Of a stretch of DNA of 64,000 bases, positions 22,520 to 35,599 are shown in pieces. The translations under genes were made by a program, and so were the position numbers. Within the stretch, counting starts at the first letter, position 1, and the number at the start of each line of letters is the position of its first letter. Under the pieces are notes generated by a model, which saw nothing but the letters and a program-made list of their open reading frames with translations, was not told the DNA's origin and did not search any database. The DNA comes from Tubulanus polymorphus. Taxonomy: Eukaryota; Animalia; Nemertea. Location of the stretch: assembly GCF_964204645.1 (NCBI RefSeq), contig NC_134027.1:13486485-13550484 (forward strand). The letters run 5' to 3'.

Positions 22520-24750
22520 TTGCGATTACGATTACGATTACGATTACGATTACGATTTTATTTACACTCCAACCATTTCCATGGTATATGGAGGAAAACT
22601 ATTACACATGTATATACAAATATTTACAAAACAACACTGAAGTGGTTAAAATTTAGAGAATGAGAACGTATATATATATATATATATATATTTACAATAC
22701 TATATATACTATTGGAGGGACCTATATACATCTAAGCCTGTTTTAATGAATTTAGCTAATTTGACCGTTGGGTTTTTCAGAATATCAAGGGTATTAAAGG
22801 TTTTCAAATTCAAATAGTTTTTGCGCGGTTCGTTAAGTAAGGTACTGTCAAACAGAAAATGGGATTCGTCACCTAAAGTATTACAAGTGGGGCATATTCT
22901 ATCAGCTCTGTCTAAATGAAGGTTGAATCAATGGTGGAATATTTCGATCTAAAGCCAGCCTGGGCTTCACTTATAATGCCATTCGTATCTAGGAATGTTG
23001 ACAATCTTTGATTTAGGATACTTGTAAATAACTTACCAAGACAGCTAACTAAGGTAATACCTCTATAATTATCAGGATTAGAGTGATCGCCATTCTTTTT
23101 GAAAATGGGTTTGATGACGCCTATAGACCACATCTCTGGAACATATCCTGTTTTAAGAACTAAATTGAATATTTTTTGTAATATATCAACCAAAAACGGA
23201 TACTGACTAACTCCCAACAGCTCATTCGTGATTCCATCAATGCCTGGGGCCTTATTGTTTTTGAGTAAAGAGATAGCCTTAATTACTTCATCACTGGTTA
23301 TATCACTGTTCAAAATATAATTGTCATAGACAGGAGGGTCACCCACGTCTGGGGGCTCATCACCGTCATCGGTTTCATTGTTGAACATTTTATGAGATTA
23401 AATGATTTGAACAATGTTAACAATGAAACCGATCAAATCATTTAATCTCATAAAATGTTCAAGAAAATATCAATATCTATATTAGCCTCATTATTTTTTG
23501 TTCCGCTCGCAGAGTTTAGCATCGACCAATACTTTTTTGGGTTATTAATTTCGCATTCTCTCAATTCCTTAATAAATTCATCTTTTTGTTATTTCTTATT
23601 TCCTCGGATGACCTTTTTATAGTTTTTAGATGAGTTCTTAAGAGATTAAAAATTGGAAGGGGTAGGGCAACCCCTATATCTTTTTTTCATATAATTATAT
23701 CTCTTCTGTGCATCTCTACAGTCCCTGCCAAACCATCTCTTGCGAACCGTTTTTTTGCAGTTATTACTTTTCCTACTTTTTCTATGGTACATCAAATTAC
23801 GCTCATCAGCACTGATAATAAAGAAGATACAAATCTATCGGTAAGTCCATTAATGTCATCTGGCGATTGATTTCCTAGATCTTGTAACCCATCCAAAAGT
23901 AACTTATCTAAATCATTACCTCGTAATTTTGATTCTACATTCAGGAAAAATTGATTTGATCTAGGACTGTCCCACCTAATTGAAGTGTTAAAGTTCGCGT
24001 GTTCATTAGCCCTTTCATTATCGCTAGCAATGGGGTGCCTAGAATTCGTATACACGCACAAATTAATTGGATTATGTCCATCAGATAATAATGGGTCAAA
24101 AGGAATTATTTCAAAGTCCAACATAACCAAACAGTTCTAAATCACACACAAAATAATCGATGACACTGGTGTTCCTAAAAGTATAATTACCTGTCCGATC
24201 ATTGCCACATCTGCCATTGAGGATAATAAGTGAATGGTTCTTACACAAATCTATTAGTTGATAGCCTGTATTATTCGTTCTTTTGTCCTGATTATTTCTA
24301 GTAGTGGGAACGCCTTAATTAATCAACGAGTCAACAATAGGGTCTAAGTTATCATCTTGAATTATCTGCTTATCAGGTTCCAAAAAGTCTAGCAAACAAG
24401 CGGTGTGAGCATTAAAGTCACCAGTAATTAATACATTGAAATCATACTCAACTTTCAATCGTAATAACTCTATTTCAATTTCTCTGATAGGTATTTCTGA
24501 ATAATATTAATACTAATTAATTATATTGAATACTATTTTCTGGAGGAATATGAATTACACCTAAAAGTACATGTTTGTCGCGATTAAATAAATCTTTATC
24601 TAATACATACCAAGATACAAACTGAGAGTCAGTCGAAATTGGTTTTATTTTATTTTTCAAGAACTTCCTATATATGATACCGACGCCACCTGATCCTTTT
24701 TTTGAAAACTTTTTCCTATTTTTAAAGTGCGCCATATGGGAGGCGGGCAA
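22520..24750 (-). mobile_element. Internally deleted LINE with (ATCGTA)n tail
   Basis: APE pieces (24517-24750, 23792-24130) and the pre-RT region KAPGIDG..NYRGITL..QAGFR join directly at ~22912 to the C-terminal RICPTCNTLGDESH. The RT core is missing. Confidence 0.85.
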
Positions 24751-26124
24751 GAGCGCCCTCGTTTTAGTTACACGTGAAGCTCACCAACATCAACGAAGCC
24801 GGTAATCTTGGATAAAGGATATTCTCTTAATTTAAAAAGATTTGTTTGAAAATACCTGAACTAAAATTAGTTATGCATACACCAGGGATTATCTTGACGA
24901 AAAAACGTTTGTATCGGTATGCAGATGAATTTTAAACAATTCTAATTCACATTAAAAAAACACCATACAGGTCGACCGATATTGTGTAGTATATAGTTGA
25001 TTTCGAACGTTGCGGTAATGTCACTACGATCCTGCCTTAGCGTGGAATTTTTCTAGTCGACCAATGTGTATGGCGCTACTGCTTGACGCTAAGGTTTACG
25101 ATGAGACGGGTACATCGCTGGGTGGCCTCGACCCGCTCGCTTTCTCATACGGATTGTTTAAATGCGATGCCGTAAGAATGATTACGGAGGAACGTTGACT
25201 GCCGTTTCTGCCCAGCGTATCATTATCGCTCATGTCGACCTGAGCTTTGATTTAAGAAGAAATAGCGATTGGAAAGTCGAATTTGTTACCGGCCCGAGCA
25301 CACAGGTTGAAGCCTTTTAGTTGTTAAATGTTTGTCGGTTCATTTCTGTTACAGCAAAATATCATTGATCATGGTTTAGAAAAGTAATGCATAGTAAAAT
25401 AGTATAATATTCTCACCATCCGTTGTGCGGGCATGCTGCAGATATATAGATATGGGGTACAAGCCGGGGCTGCCATTCTTATCCCACCTAATAGCATTAA
25501 CTAGCATTAATCCAACCTACCTCCAAATGTCGAGAAAGGCAAATAAGGGTGGTAGGAACCCTACGAATCCAGCTGTTGGCCGAAAAGTTTTTTATTCTAA
25601 GTTTAGGTTATTTTAGTTTATTGCTCCATATAAAATGAATATAATGAGCACAGATAGTACATATGAATAATGAAAATACAATTACAGTGACAAGATGGTA
25701 GCATACAAAATACACACATTTACCTACGTACACGAACCCGTCCAGCTATACATGTTACACATTAATATTGATAAGTGGTTTCACAAAATACGGGTTTGTC
25801 TAATATAGACTGATAACCCGTGTACACATTTCGTCACACTGAAAATTGTTTGCAAAGCTTATAAGCTTTTAAGAAGTAGCCAGGATGATAACGTTGTGTA
25901 ATTTGGTTATAAAAGTCGCGCTGGAAAATAAAATGATACTCGTCACCCAGTTTGTTTCTATTACATGAGGTGAAAATTCGATATTCCCGGTTAATTTGTC
26001 ATAGCGACCAATTTCGATTGGGAGCTTAAGGTTTGAGTATCTAAATTTACAGATGGGAATGAAATTCGTGCAGATAAAAAAGAAAAATACTCTGCCCCAA
26101 TCTAGTTTAATATTCCTATATATC

Positions 26125-26975
26125 TGTTACATTTTTCCACGATCAATCAAACGCAACGAACAGTCTTATGTAAGTTAATACAAATCATTTAATGAACAGG
26201 TAAACTTAACTTATGTACAATTAATATATGGGTTTAACATGATTTGAGGTGCCGTTCATTACAGGAGGTTTCAGTCGTCAAGCAGCGGGCTGTCCGTCGC
26301 ACGAGGTTTCTCGGTCTATCAGCGTGCTGTTCGTCGCACAAGGTTTCTCGGTCTACCAGCGTGCTGTCCGTCGCACTAGGTTTTCTGATCTATCAGCGTG
26401 CTGTCCGTCGCGGAAGGTCAACTGATTTCTCGGCGTGCAGTTCGTCGCACGAAGTTTTCCTTCAGCGTCCGGTGTGTTTCGACCAGTCTTCTCCCTCTCT
26501 ACCAGCTCAGGAAGCTACTTATACACATTTGGTGTTCACACCATGAAAATGACAACAGGACCGTGAAGAGCATTCCACAACTAAATAAACCTCGTTTTTA
26601 AACTTTGTTTCTTGAAATTATAATATAATAAATACACTCTGGATCTAATTGTATCCGCCACATCGGCTTAAGTAATCGGCTGTAACGTTTTCGGTTCCTT
26701 TTACTACTTTCACCCTGAATTTGTACTGTTGTAATTCAAGTGTCCATCGTAGTACTCGATCATTATCAATTCTCGCTCTATTTAAGAATTGGAGAGGTTG
26801 GTGGTCCACTTCTAGAATGAATTCACTCCCAATCAAGTATCTCCGTAATCTTCTGATTGCCCAAATAATAGCTAGACACTCTTTCTCAATCGTAGAGTAT
26901 CGTGTCTCAGGAGGTTTTAATTTTCTACTCACGTAAACTATTGGCAACTTTTCCCCTTCAAAGATTTGCATTAGC
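26125..26975 (-). mobile_element. Gypsy (probably Gmr1-like) LTR retrotransposon 3' remnant: RNase H followed by putative LTR (~26125-26579)
   Basis: YSTIEKECLAIIWAI..DHQPL..RW..ADYLSR then a stop, with no integrase downstream. TG..CA-bounded segment containing ~31 bp tandem repeats (26283-26460). Confidence 0.75.
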
Positions 26976-27738
26976 GAAATATCATGCCCTGATTATTTTA
27001 CTTAGATGTTTAATTCATTCATTCCAGTTAATCACTGAACAACATGTTGTGCCTTGCAAATTTAAACGTCACCAGTTGTTATATGAACAGTATTTTGCAA
27101 TGCTTTAACAATTTGCCCGAAATCAGAAGCAAACTGGAAGAATAATCTGCTGTTTGTAAAGTGATGTCGAATTGGTACATTACTGGATAATTATCTGCTT
27201 TGTAAAAAATGTTATTTCAAGTATGTTTTAGGTACTAATGTGACACAATTAATACGACGACACAATCTGAAAATATGATTATAATTTGTGTAATATAAAT
27301 CAGTATCTTTTTTTATTCTTTAAAATTTACGTTTGCTATCGGTGGTTGGTTTTAAATTCTATCTATCATGATGTTCTGTAATATCGGATCGGAAAAGTAA
27401 TAAAAAAAGAAAATTTTAGACTATGTTCGTCCCCGGGACCGATAAGCCGGTGACTGGTGATCGAGTGTACTGTATTTTCTAGTTTAAACTCTGAAAATAT
27501 AGGGAAAGATTGGCATTGCATTCTCAGCATAGCCAATAATAACGTCGTCAATGATTAATTTTGTAGAATTATGCTGATAGAATGTCCAATAAAATTAAAT
27601 TGAATTTTAGAATTCAATCTAATCAATCTAATCTAATCACAGAAATAAAACGAATAAAAAAGTTAATGATTTAAATGATATTGAGGATTGAAACAGCATC
27701 ATTTAATTTAATTCATTCTATATATTTTAACTATAAAA

Positions 27739-28050
27739 ATGAGTGAAAATAAGGTATCAGAAATATTACATCTAATATATAAAAATCAACATAATATTAA
27801 ATCAATTATTATGATTTCAGGTTTATTTTCATTCTCAGTTTATACTATAAAACAGTTGTTAGAATTCTATGATAGCTGTAAAATTAGATACGCTGAATTG
27901 AAAGATAACATAAATTATATTTCAGATCGAATAAATAGTATTAAATGCTGTGAAATATGAAATATGTAATAAAAGATATAAAAATAAAAAATCATTAAGG
28001 AATCACATGTATATTCATGAATTGGATGAGAAATTATACGAATCAAATTA
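27739..28050 (+). pseudogene. Small protein with hydrophobic segment, coiled coil and C-terminal C2H2 finger
   Basis: MISGLFSFSVYTIKQL..NYISDR..IKCCEI matches 47948-48223. Confidence 0.7.
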
Positions 28051-29391
28051 AGCAATAGACTGTTAAATTGGCTGAGATATATAAAAATAGACTATATTAT
28101 AACCATTTCTATATTTAGATTAATAATTCATATTTATAATTTTTATAAAAACTAATTTATACATCTATGTACTAGACGTACGAGTGAGAAACCAAGATTC
28201 TTGCCAAGAAAGTAAGAATTCTTGGATTCTTGGATTCTTACTCGTACCTGCCTTAATTAGTTTTATAAAAATGAATAAATTATATGTTTTCACTTAATAA
28301 AAATAAAAAATAGATTATATTTTAACTATTTCTATACTTAGATTGATAATTTATTCATTTTTATATAATCTAAACTAATTTATATATGTATGTACTAGAG
28401 GTACGAGTAAGAAAGTAAGAATTCTTGGATTCTTGGATTCTTACTCGTACGTCTAGTACATAGATATCATGAATATTTTTATCATATATTTCTGTTTCAA
28501 TATTTATTTATCTCACAGATTTATTATAAATATTTGGAAAAGTATAAATCATATTCAATTATATATTTACATTTATCATTATTAAAAGAGTATTACAATG
28601 AATCCGCTACATTGTTAAACTGTATTAAATTGTGTAGATTGTATATTCATAAACTAAATGATAAATCATGAAATGGACTGTTAAATTAGCTGAAATGTAT
28701 GAAATATTGTATGAAATATTAGTTAATCAAAAAGGGGGTTTTAGGTATCAATGTATTTGATACGTATTAAATACGTATTATGCTTTATTTCTGAAATTTC
28801 AGTCTCAGAAGTAATTTATTCATACATGAAATTAAATTTCTTTACATTTGACTAGGTTTCTTTAACTAAGTTAGTTGGTTTATTGTTTTTCTAGTTGAAT
28901 TCTAGTCAAATGTAAAGTAATTTAATATCAATAAGAAATATTAGAAAAATATTAGAAAAACAATACATAAGCTCCATTTTTCTTGAATAATCAGATTCTT
29001 TACGTATGTCACATACATTAATGAAATCATTAGAATTTATCTTCAAACATTCAGTATATTTTTTCATCTATTCAAAATCCATTTTATCAATTATTTCAAA
29101 ATGATTGTGTGTTATCTTCTTTACTTGGAAAATAGGTTTTCTAATTTTGATAAAATAAAGTGTCGATCGGGGCTATGAACTCCTATTTTTAACTTTTCGA
29201 TGATTTTTTCTATCGAAGACAATTCAAAGTAAATATTATTTAATATTTAATTGTAATGTTTTTATCAATAATTCTCTTAAATCAGTTGTAGTTTCATAAA
29301 AGCCTTGATCTGTTAAAAAATAGCGCGAAATAAAGATCTGTCATACATTTACACTGAGTTGAAAAACCTCTAATTTCAAAATTGTATTATT

Positions 29392-30894
29392 TTAAATTCC
29401 AGATATTTTAGGAGTATAATCATTTAATTTTACTTCAGGAATTATTTCAAGTTTTTTAAATTCTGTCTCAAATAATTCATTATCAATTTCTAATTGTTGT
29501 TTTAATTCATTACAAATTTTATTTCTATTTTTATCTATATCTTCTTGAAATTGTTTAAGTTCTTTCATTTCTTCTAATCTTTCAAATTCACTTTTAGATA
29601 ATAATTTTATATCAAAATCTTCTTCAATATCAAGTGCATCTAATTTATAAAAAGGTTTAGATTTTATATCGTATCTCTTTTTTAAAGTTGTAAAACTAAT
29701 TCCTGTTTCACGTAATTTAAATCTAAATATAAATTTATTCAATACTGTAAACATTGAATTAGTTGAAGATATAACAGTTGCTCCTTCAGTTTTAATATAT
29801 TTTTTTGCTTCAATAATGAACTCTGATTTATCCTCATTTTGATTAATTGTGAGGTATAAACATGAAATATTCTTAATTGTAAACATTGATAAAATGAGTA
29901 AAAAGGAGGACTCTTCAATATTTTTACTTACCCTAGATTTATATCCTATAAATTTCCTAGCTAATAAATCACCAATAAATAATCAAGTTGTAAATAAGCA
30001 GGTGAATAGTTAATATTTTCTTTCTTGAAGTATTGTTTTATTTTTTCCATCATTTTCAATTCTCGTTTAAATGAAATACTTGTTATTTCAATTCTAATCA
30101 ATCCTGTTTCAATTGATTTTTCAAATGATTCTTTTAACCTCTCTTGATAGCAATTTATGTAACTCATTAAATTTGAACCGAAAATTATATTTACACTAGG
30201 AGATTTGAATTGACATGCTGTTTTATTATAAATCTTTATTTTATCATCCATATGTAATGCTGAAACACAACTATAGAGAATTCTTTTAGAACTTTATATT
30301 TTCTATTTTCGAACATTGATTTTATTTCATCTGAATTAAATGATCCTTTAAAATCTTGTGTAACATCTACATCTGATATATTGTAATTTTTTTCATTTAA
30401 TAATTGTTCAATATTATCCATATTCTGTATCAATTCATTTAAATTTTGATTGTATAATGAAATTTTAAATACTGCAAATAATCGGTTAATTTTAATTCTT
30501 GATTAATTTTACTCAAGATATATGATTTTGAATTATCATCATGAATTGTTAAAACACGTGTAATTTTTATAGCTAAGTTATCTAATATAATATTTCCTTG
30601 ATTAAAACAATCTTTAATTTCATAATGGGTTATCTTTCTCTGATAGACGTTAAGAAAAATTGTCCTATTTTCTTTAATAATTTCTTTTTCTAACATGATT
30701 TTATATAGCATTATATTATCGCAAAATATATCTGACGTTTCAATTAATTCATTATTTTCAGATTTATAATACTTATTCATATTTACTCCTGAAATATCAG
30801 CTAAATCATTATTCACAGTTAAATTATATAATATTGAATTTACGTATTTATTACTCATGCCTTTCGCGGGAACTTTAATTAACTTTGAGCACAT
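29392..30894 (-). pseudogene. Hypothetical protein, possibly a Rep_trans-like replication initiator
   Basis: Four consecutive ORF pieces with motifs ISDVDVTQDF, KIKIYNK and GLIRIEIT in that order. Confidence 0.4.
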
Positions 30895-31152
30895 TTATAT
30901 ATCAAATTTTTATTAAAATAGGTTAAAATTCAAAAAGAGTTAGAGTTCGCTGAAACCTTACGCTTTGAAATATTTTTTGACCCTTATTGGATCTTATTTT
31001 TCTAGATTATGCTAACACTTTACTCACACTTTTTAGATATGAATATTTTAAGAATAATAGGGGTTTAGTTGTTTCATATCAAAGGTTGAAGGGTCGGGTG
31101 AGTAAAAAATAAAAATAAATTCGAGCGTGCGAGAATTTATTTTTCATTTTTT

Positions 31153-34100
31153 ATGTAGGTTGCGGCTGGAAGGTACCCGGTGTTTGGCGTGAAAATCACC
31201 CAAAATATGATAGATCTTCGAGCGAATCAAGGGACCCGTGATTAAAAAAGAAAAAATCATTTTCTGCGAAAAAAAAACGTGGGAGTTTGGGAATGTTGAT
31301 TACATATTGAGAGCCTATTGTTTTATCGATTGTGCGATAATAAATTTTTCTGTCGTTAAAATCGTCAGATTTCTACATTAAATAGTTCAATAGTTTCAAT
31401 AGCTTCAATAGTTTTTTATGTTTTACACTAAAAATTTGTTCCCAAGTACTACAACGGGTTGCATGGGTTCGGAATTAATGGAAGAACGGTATTTTAGATA
31501 CGGATTATAGCGTTATGTAGGCCTATACGAATTTTACTCGACACAGAAAAGGGGATTAACGGGAGTGAAAGACACATAAAAAGATAAGGTATGTTAAAAA
31601 ACGCACGGCATTTTACTCCAGGGATTGGCAAAATTTTGAGTTAATTAATATGTACTTGTATGTAGCGGGACGGTCATTTTGTAACACGCGGATCGCGCGC
31701 GCGCGTTATTCTCCAGGACTTGACCCTTAGTGATGCTGTGAAACCGGCGCGCTTGTTATTCTAAAAAATTCAACCCGTTGCCAAGGGACTGTGCTTTTGT
31801 GGGATTCGAATCCAGTCTTCCAATCGGTTTCTACGGAGAAATACGAACTAAAAATAACATTTTTTGACAATATTTTGTGAATATTCTTTGTAAATATTCT
31901 GAAAATTACACAAAATAATTTTGTTATGCTTGATTCACGTATTTAAACTACCCGCGCGACGCGGCCCGCAAGTTTCGACGAAAGTTCGTCCGTGACCGTC
32001 ATTTTCGTTGCCGCGATTTAGCCAATGCCCATGTGTCCGGATGTTAACTACACTTTTTGAGAAGGACGGTATGGAGAAATATGGGAAATTTGAATTTGCC
32101 TCATACGCGCGATTAACTTAAGGAGCTTCCAGCTCGCGCCTTCGGCGCGCGCGGTCCACGTGTTACAAAGCTGACCGTCCCGCTCCACACAAATACTGAA
32201 TAATTAACTCAAAATTTTGCCAATCCCTGGGAGTAAAATGCCGTGCATTTTTTAACATGTCTTATCTTTATGTGTTTTTTACTCCCGTTTTTCAAACGTT
32301 ATTCCCCTTTTCCGTTTCGAGTAAAATTCGTATACGCTATAATCAGAATACCGTTGTTCCATTAATTCCGTACCCATGCAACCCGTTGTGATACTTAGGA
32401 ACAAATCTTAAGTGAAATACATATTGTTGTGACATAGGAATTTTAATCAATTTAACTACGTATCACTTTCTGCTATTACGCTATCTCCAGTTCGTGGGAC
32501 AATTCCTGCTGTCTAGTATTATGGAATAATTAAAAGCTTTCTAATAAAACCCGGAATTAGATAACGATAAATTTATAGAATGTTATGCGGCCCGAAGAAG
32601 GAACCGAAATATCGTGGGAGAGCGTATCCTTCCTCAGCTCCGCACAACGACACAAATTGAATTTTGACCCGAGACCAAAAATAAATAACTCAGGTGTATA
32701 TACTGTTATCTAAATACTCACAACTATTTATTATCTTAGTGGTTCCTAAGCATCGACACCTTTTACAATTTTCGTTCCTAGTTTCTTCCGTTTGTTCTTC
32801 CCCGTTGTCCCTGTGCTCTCCCGGAGCTACCCCCGTTGCTCTCCCGGGTACTCTTCGACTAGTTCAGCTATTTCTCTTATTTTTATACTATCAAAATTTG
32901 GTTTCCAAAGAACTATTCTCGTGACCAACGCCACCACATTTGGGGAGGACCGACGACCAACCTCGGGACCTGATTCGCACACCAGGCCCCCAAGAATTAA
33001 TGTTCTTAGCAACCTGGACCCAGTTGCACAGTTGTGACTTAAGTCCAAAAGTGGTCTTAAATCTTAAAGCCGGTCTTAAGTTGTTAGATCGAGTATAGAA
33101 CTTAGTTGGTCTTAGACCAGTCTTAAATCTAAGCCGTGACCATGCAACTGGCCCCAGCAGATAAATGTCACTCCGTATTGATATGTAAAATGCATCCGTG
33201 GTCTTCGATGAAATGGACTATTGGATCAACTTAGAAAATAGCAAAATTATTCATCCTCGTAGGCCTACTATCAAACATAGAAACCGCCTTTATTTCAATT
33301 TGTAAAGACACTGGGGCCAGTTGCATAGTCATGGCTTAGACTTAAGACCAGTCTAAGACCAACTAAGTTCTATAGCCAATCTAACAACTTGAGACCAGTC
33401 TTAAGATTTAAGACCACTTTTGGACTTAAGTCACGACTGTGCAACCGGCCCCTGGTTAAGAAACAAGCCCGGAGTTGTCTCGGGTCCCAAACATGTAGAC
33501 ATTAACACTTGACTAATCCCTTAGGATTTTTACAATTGTCTTGAAAACTAAATCCAAAATATTTCTTAATAATCCAAGACATAAACTGAACCAGTAACAA
33601 AGGCAAATAAACATTAAATGATCGTTAAGCCAAACTTGCCCGTTTACGAATTCTCCGTGAATAGAGTTGTATGTATTATGAACATACAACTGCTATCGAT
33701 TTACGCATGTTTTATAAAAATAAAAAATTGCCTATCATAACAGAATAAATGCAGGGTACAAACCGTACTCTGGGGGAAAACAGGGAGAGCAACATTGGTG
33801 GCAACATCGGCCGGAGCAGAGGCAGTGCAACACGCGGGGTAAGGGTGATATGATATTGTCAGTTGTCATTTGTTAAAGTTCATGCAATAGCATCCTTGCA
33901 TTTTTTATCAACCTGAGTTAAGTCGTTGGTTATGTTTGGTCTCTGGTTTCTACATCGCCGTGCAAGACAGGAGGGGAAGTGCATGCGTCCCGGACAAGAA
34001 CAGCGGCGCTCTCCCACAGCAATTTCGGGCTTCCCCCTCCCGGTCGCACGACAATATAAAACTATTGAAGCCATGAGATTCAATGTAGAAATCTGACGTT

Positions 34101-34640
34101 TTTTAACTACAGAAATATTTATTTTCGTGTAATCGATAAAACAATAGGCTCTCAATATGTTATCAACATTCCCATACTCCGACGTTGTTTTTCGCAGAAA
34201 ATGATTCTTTTCTTATTCAATCTCGGGTCCCTTAATTCGCTCGAAGATCCATCATATTTTGGGAGATTTTCTTTGGTCACGCCACTGGGTCCCGTCCATC
34301 AGCAAAACCTACATTGTTTTACAATGTAGAACTTGGGAACACATTTCTTGTGCAAAACATATAAAACTATTAAAGCCGTTCGTAAAACATATCAGATAAG
34401 TGCATGTATAATATCATATAAGATTTAGTCGTATGAAAGATAAAACAAACAAGGCTTTCAATTTGTAATCAACACTCCCAAAGCATGCTTTTTCGCAAAA
34501 ATGAATTCCTTTTCTATACATGTATCTGATCGCGGCGAATCTTCGCTTGAATAGATCTTCGATATTTTGGGTGATTTTCTTTGGCCACGGACCACGCTGA
34601 ACACAGGTGCCCCCGCAATTTTTTTTTTTACAATGTAGAA
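31153..34640. repeat. Nested diverged inverted repeats / non-autonomous fold-back elements
   Basis: 31153-31380 is inverted at 34082-34315, and ~31420-31705 is inverted at ~32145-32420. GC hairpin CGCGCCTTCGGCGCG at ~32135. Confidence 0.75.
33017..33450. mobile_element. Two ~137 bp PIF/Harbinger-type MITEs in inverted orientation (33017-33153, 33314-33450)
   Basis: GGGCCAGTTGCA..TGCAACYGGCCC termini. CTG target duplication around the second copy. The copies are reverse complements of each other. Confidence 0.8.
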
Positions 34641-35305
34641 TTCTATATGAGTTGGAAAGGGCACTCGCCACTATTTATTCATTAAAACTTAAGACTGGCT
34701 GTGCGCTTCACCAAGTTTCGACTCTGACACATTAACACTGGAATAATGATTACTTATATAAATGTCGAATAAAATTTAATTGAATATTCCTCGTCCGGTT
34801 TTTAGCATTTACTCTTATTATGTCTTAGGTAATACGCAATTTTGGAAGAGAATTGGGGAATCCCTACAATAATCCTGGACTTCCTTACAATCCGGAGAAT
34901 CCGGACATTCTACCGAGCTAATCGCTTGGCAATAACTTTAAATCAAGTCAGTATAAAGTAACTGGCCTTTTCTATCTTTTACCGATACTAATGATTAACG
35001 AAGATGCGCCGTCAATGCATTAGGGACGCATTCGGTTCAAACAGATCTTGAAATGTTTTATCCAAATTTAATATACGAAATTGTACTACAATTTCTCAAT
35101 TGGACTGAGCTATTTCAAGTCATACTCATGAAATCCGACTTATTCGGATATTTTGTACTATCATATTCCCAAATTGACCGGGACTTTAGAAATATGCGTG
35201 TATCCGAATTGAGCGTATCCGACTTATCCGCACTCTACTGTTTAGGGAGTGAAATTCAATTGTTTTTTTGATTAACTGTTAATAAGTGTATTATGTAATT
35301 TTCAG

Positions 35306-35574
35306 TTGATATGTGTGGATGGCAAAAAGTACCCATGTCTTACGTAGCCATGGACGATGAAACTTCTAATGTTAGCTACGATACAACACTAAATCAATGT
35401 AAATTAGTCTGTTTGGAGGAACAACAATTCAGATGTAATTCTATAATGTTCCGCAAATTCCGCACGGATGGTGGTACTATATGTGTCCATACTCAAGCCA
35501 ATAGAGCTACGCATGAAGAAAAACATGATTCAAGAATTGACTATTACGAAATCATGCAATGTAATACAAATTAA
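35306..35574 (+). CDS. Host gene terminal exon: second PAN/apple domain
   Basis: AG at 35304-05, phase 1, compatible with the donor at 14030. TLNQCKLVCLEEQQFRCNSI..C..DYYE followed by a stop. Confidence 0.8.
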
Positions 35575-35599
35575 ATGAAAGCAGACGATGTACATGAAT

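Larger units (their letters stand above)
27560..31155 (-). mobile_element. Hairpin-ended Polinton-related element fragment D
   Basis: AT-rich. Gene 27739-27960 is homologous to 47948-48223. Minus-strand gene 29392-30894 starts at TAAATG. Truncated terminal hairpin at 31053-31155. Confidence 0.68.

Noticed and set aside
26283-26460. CRISPR-like ~31 bp repeats
   Set aside because: Degenerate tandem repeats without spacers, inside a putative Gypsy LTR.
31795-31815. tRNA gene (also ~37000) suggested by a GGATTCGAA B-box-like motif
   Set aside because: No cloverleaf or matching A-box. At most SINE debris.
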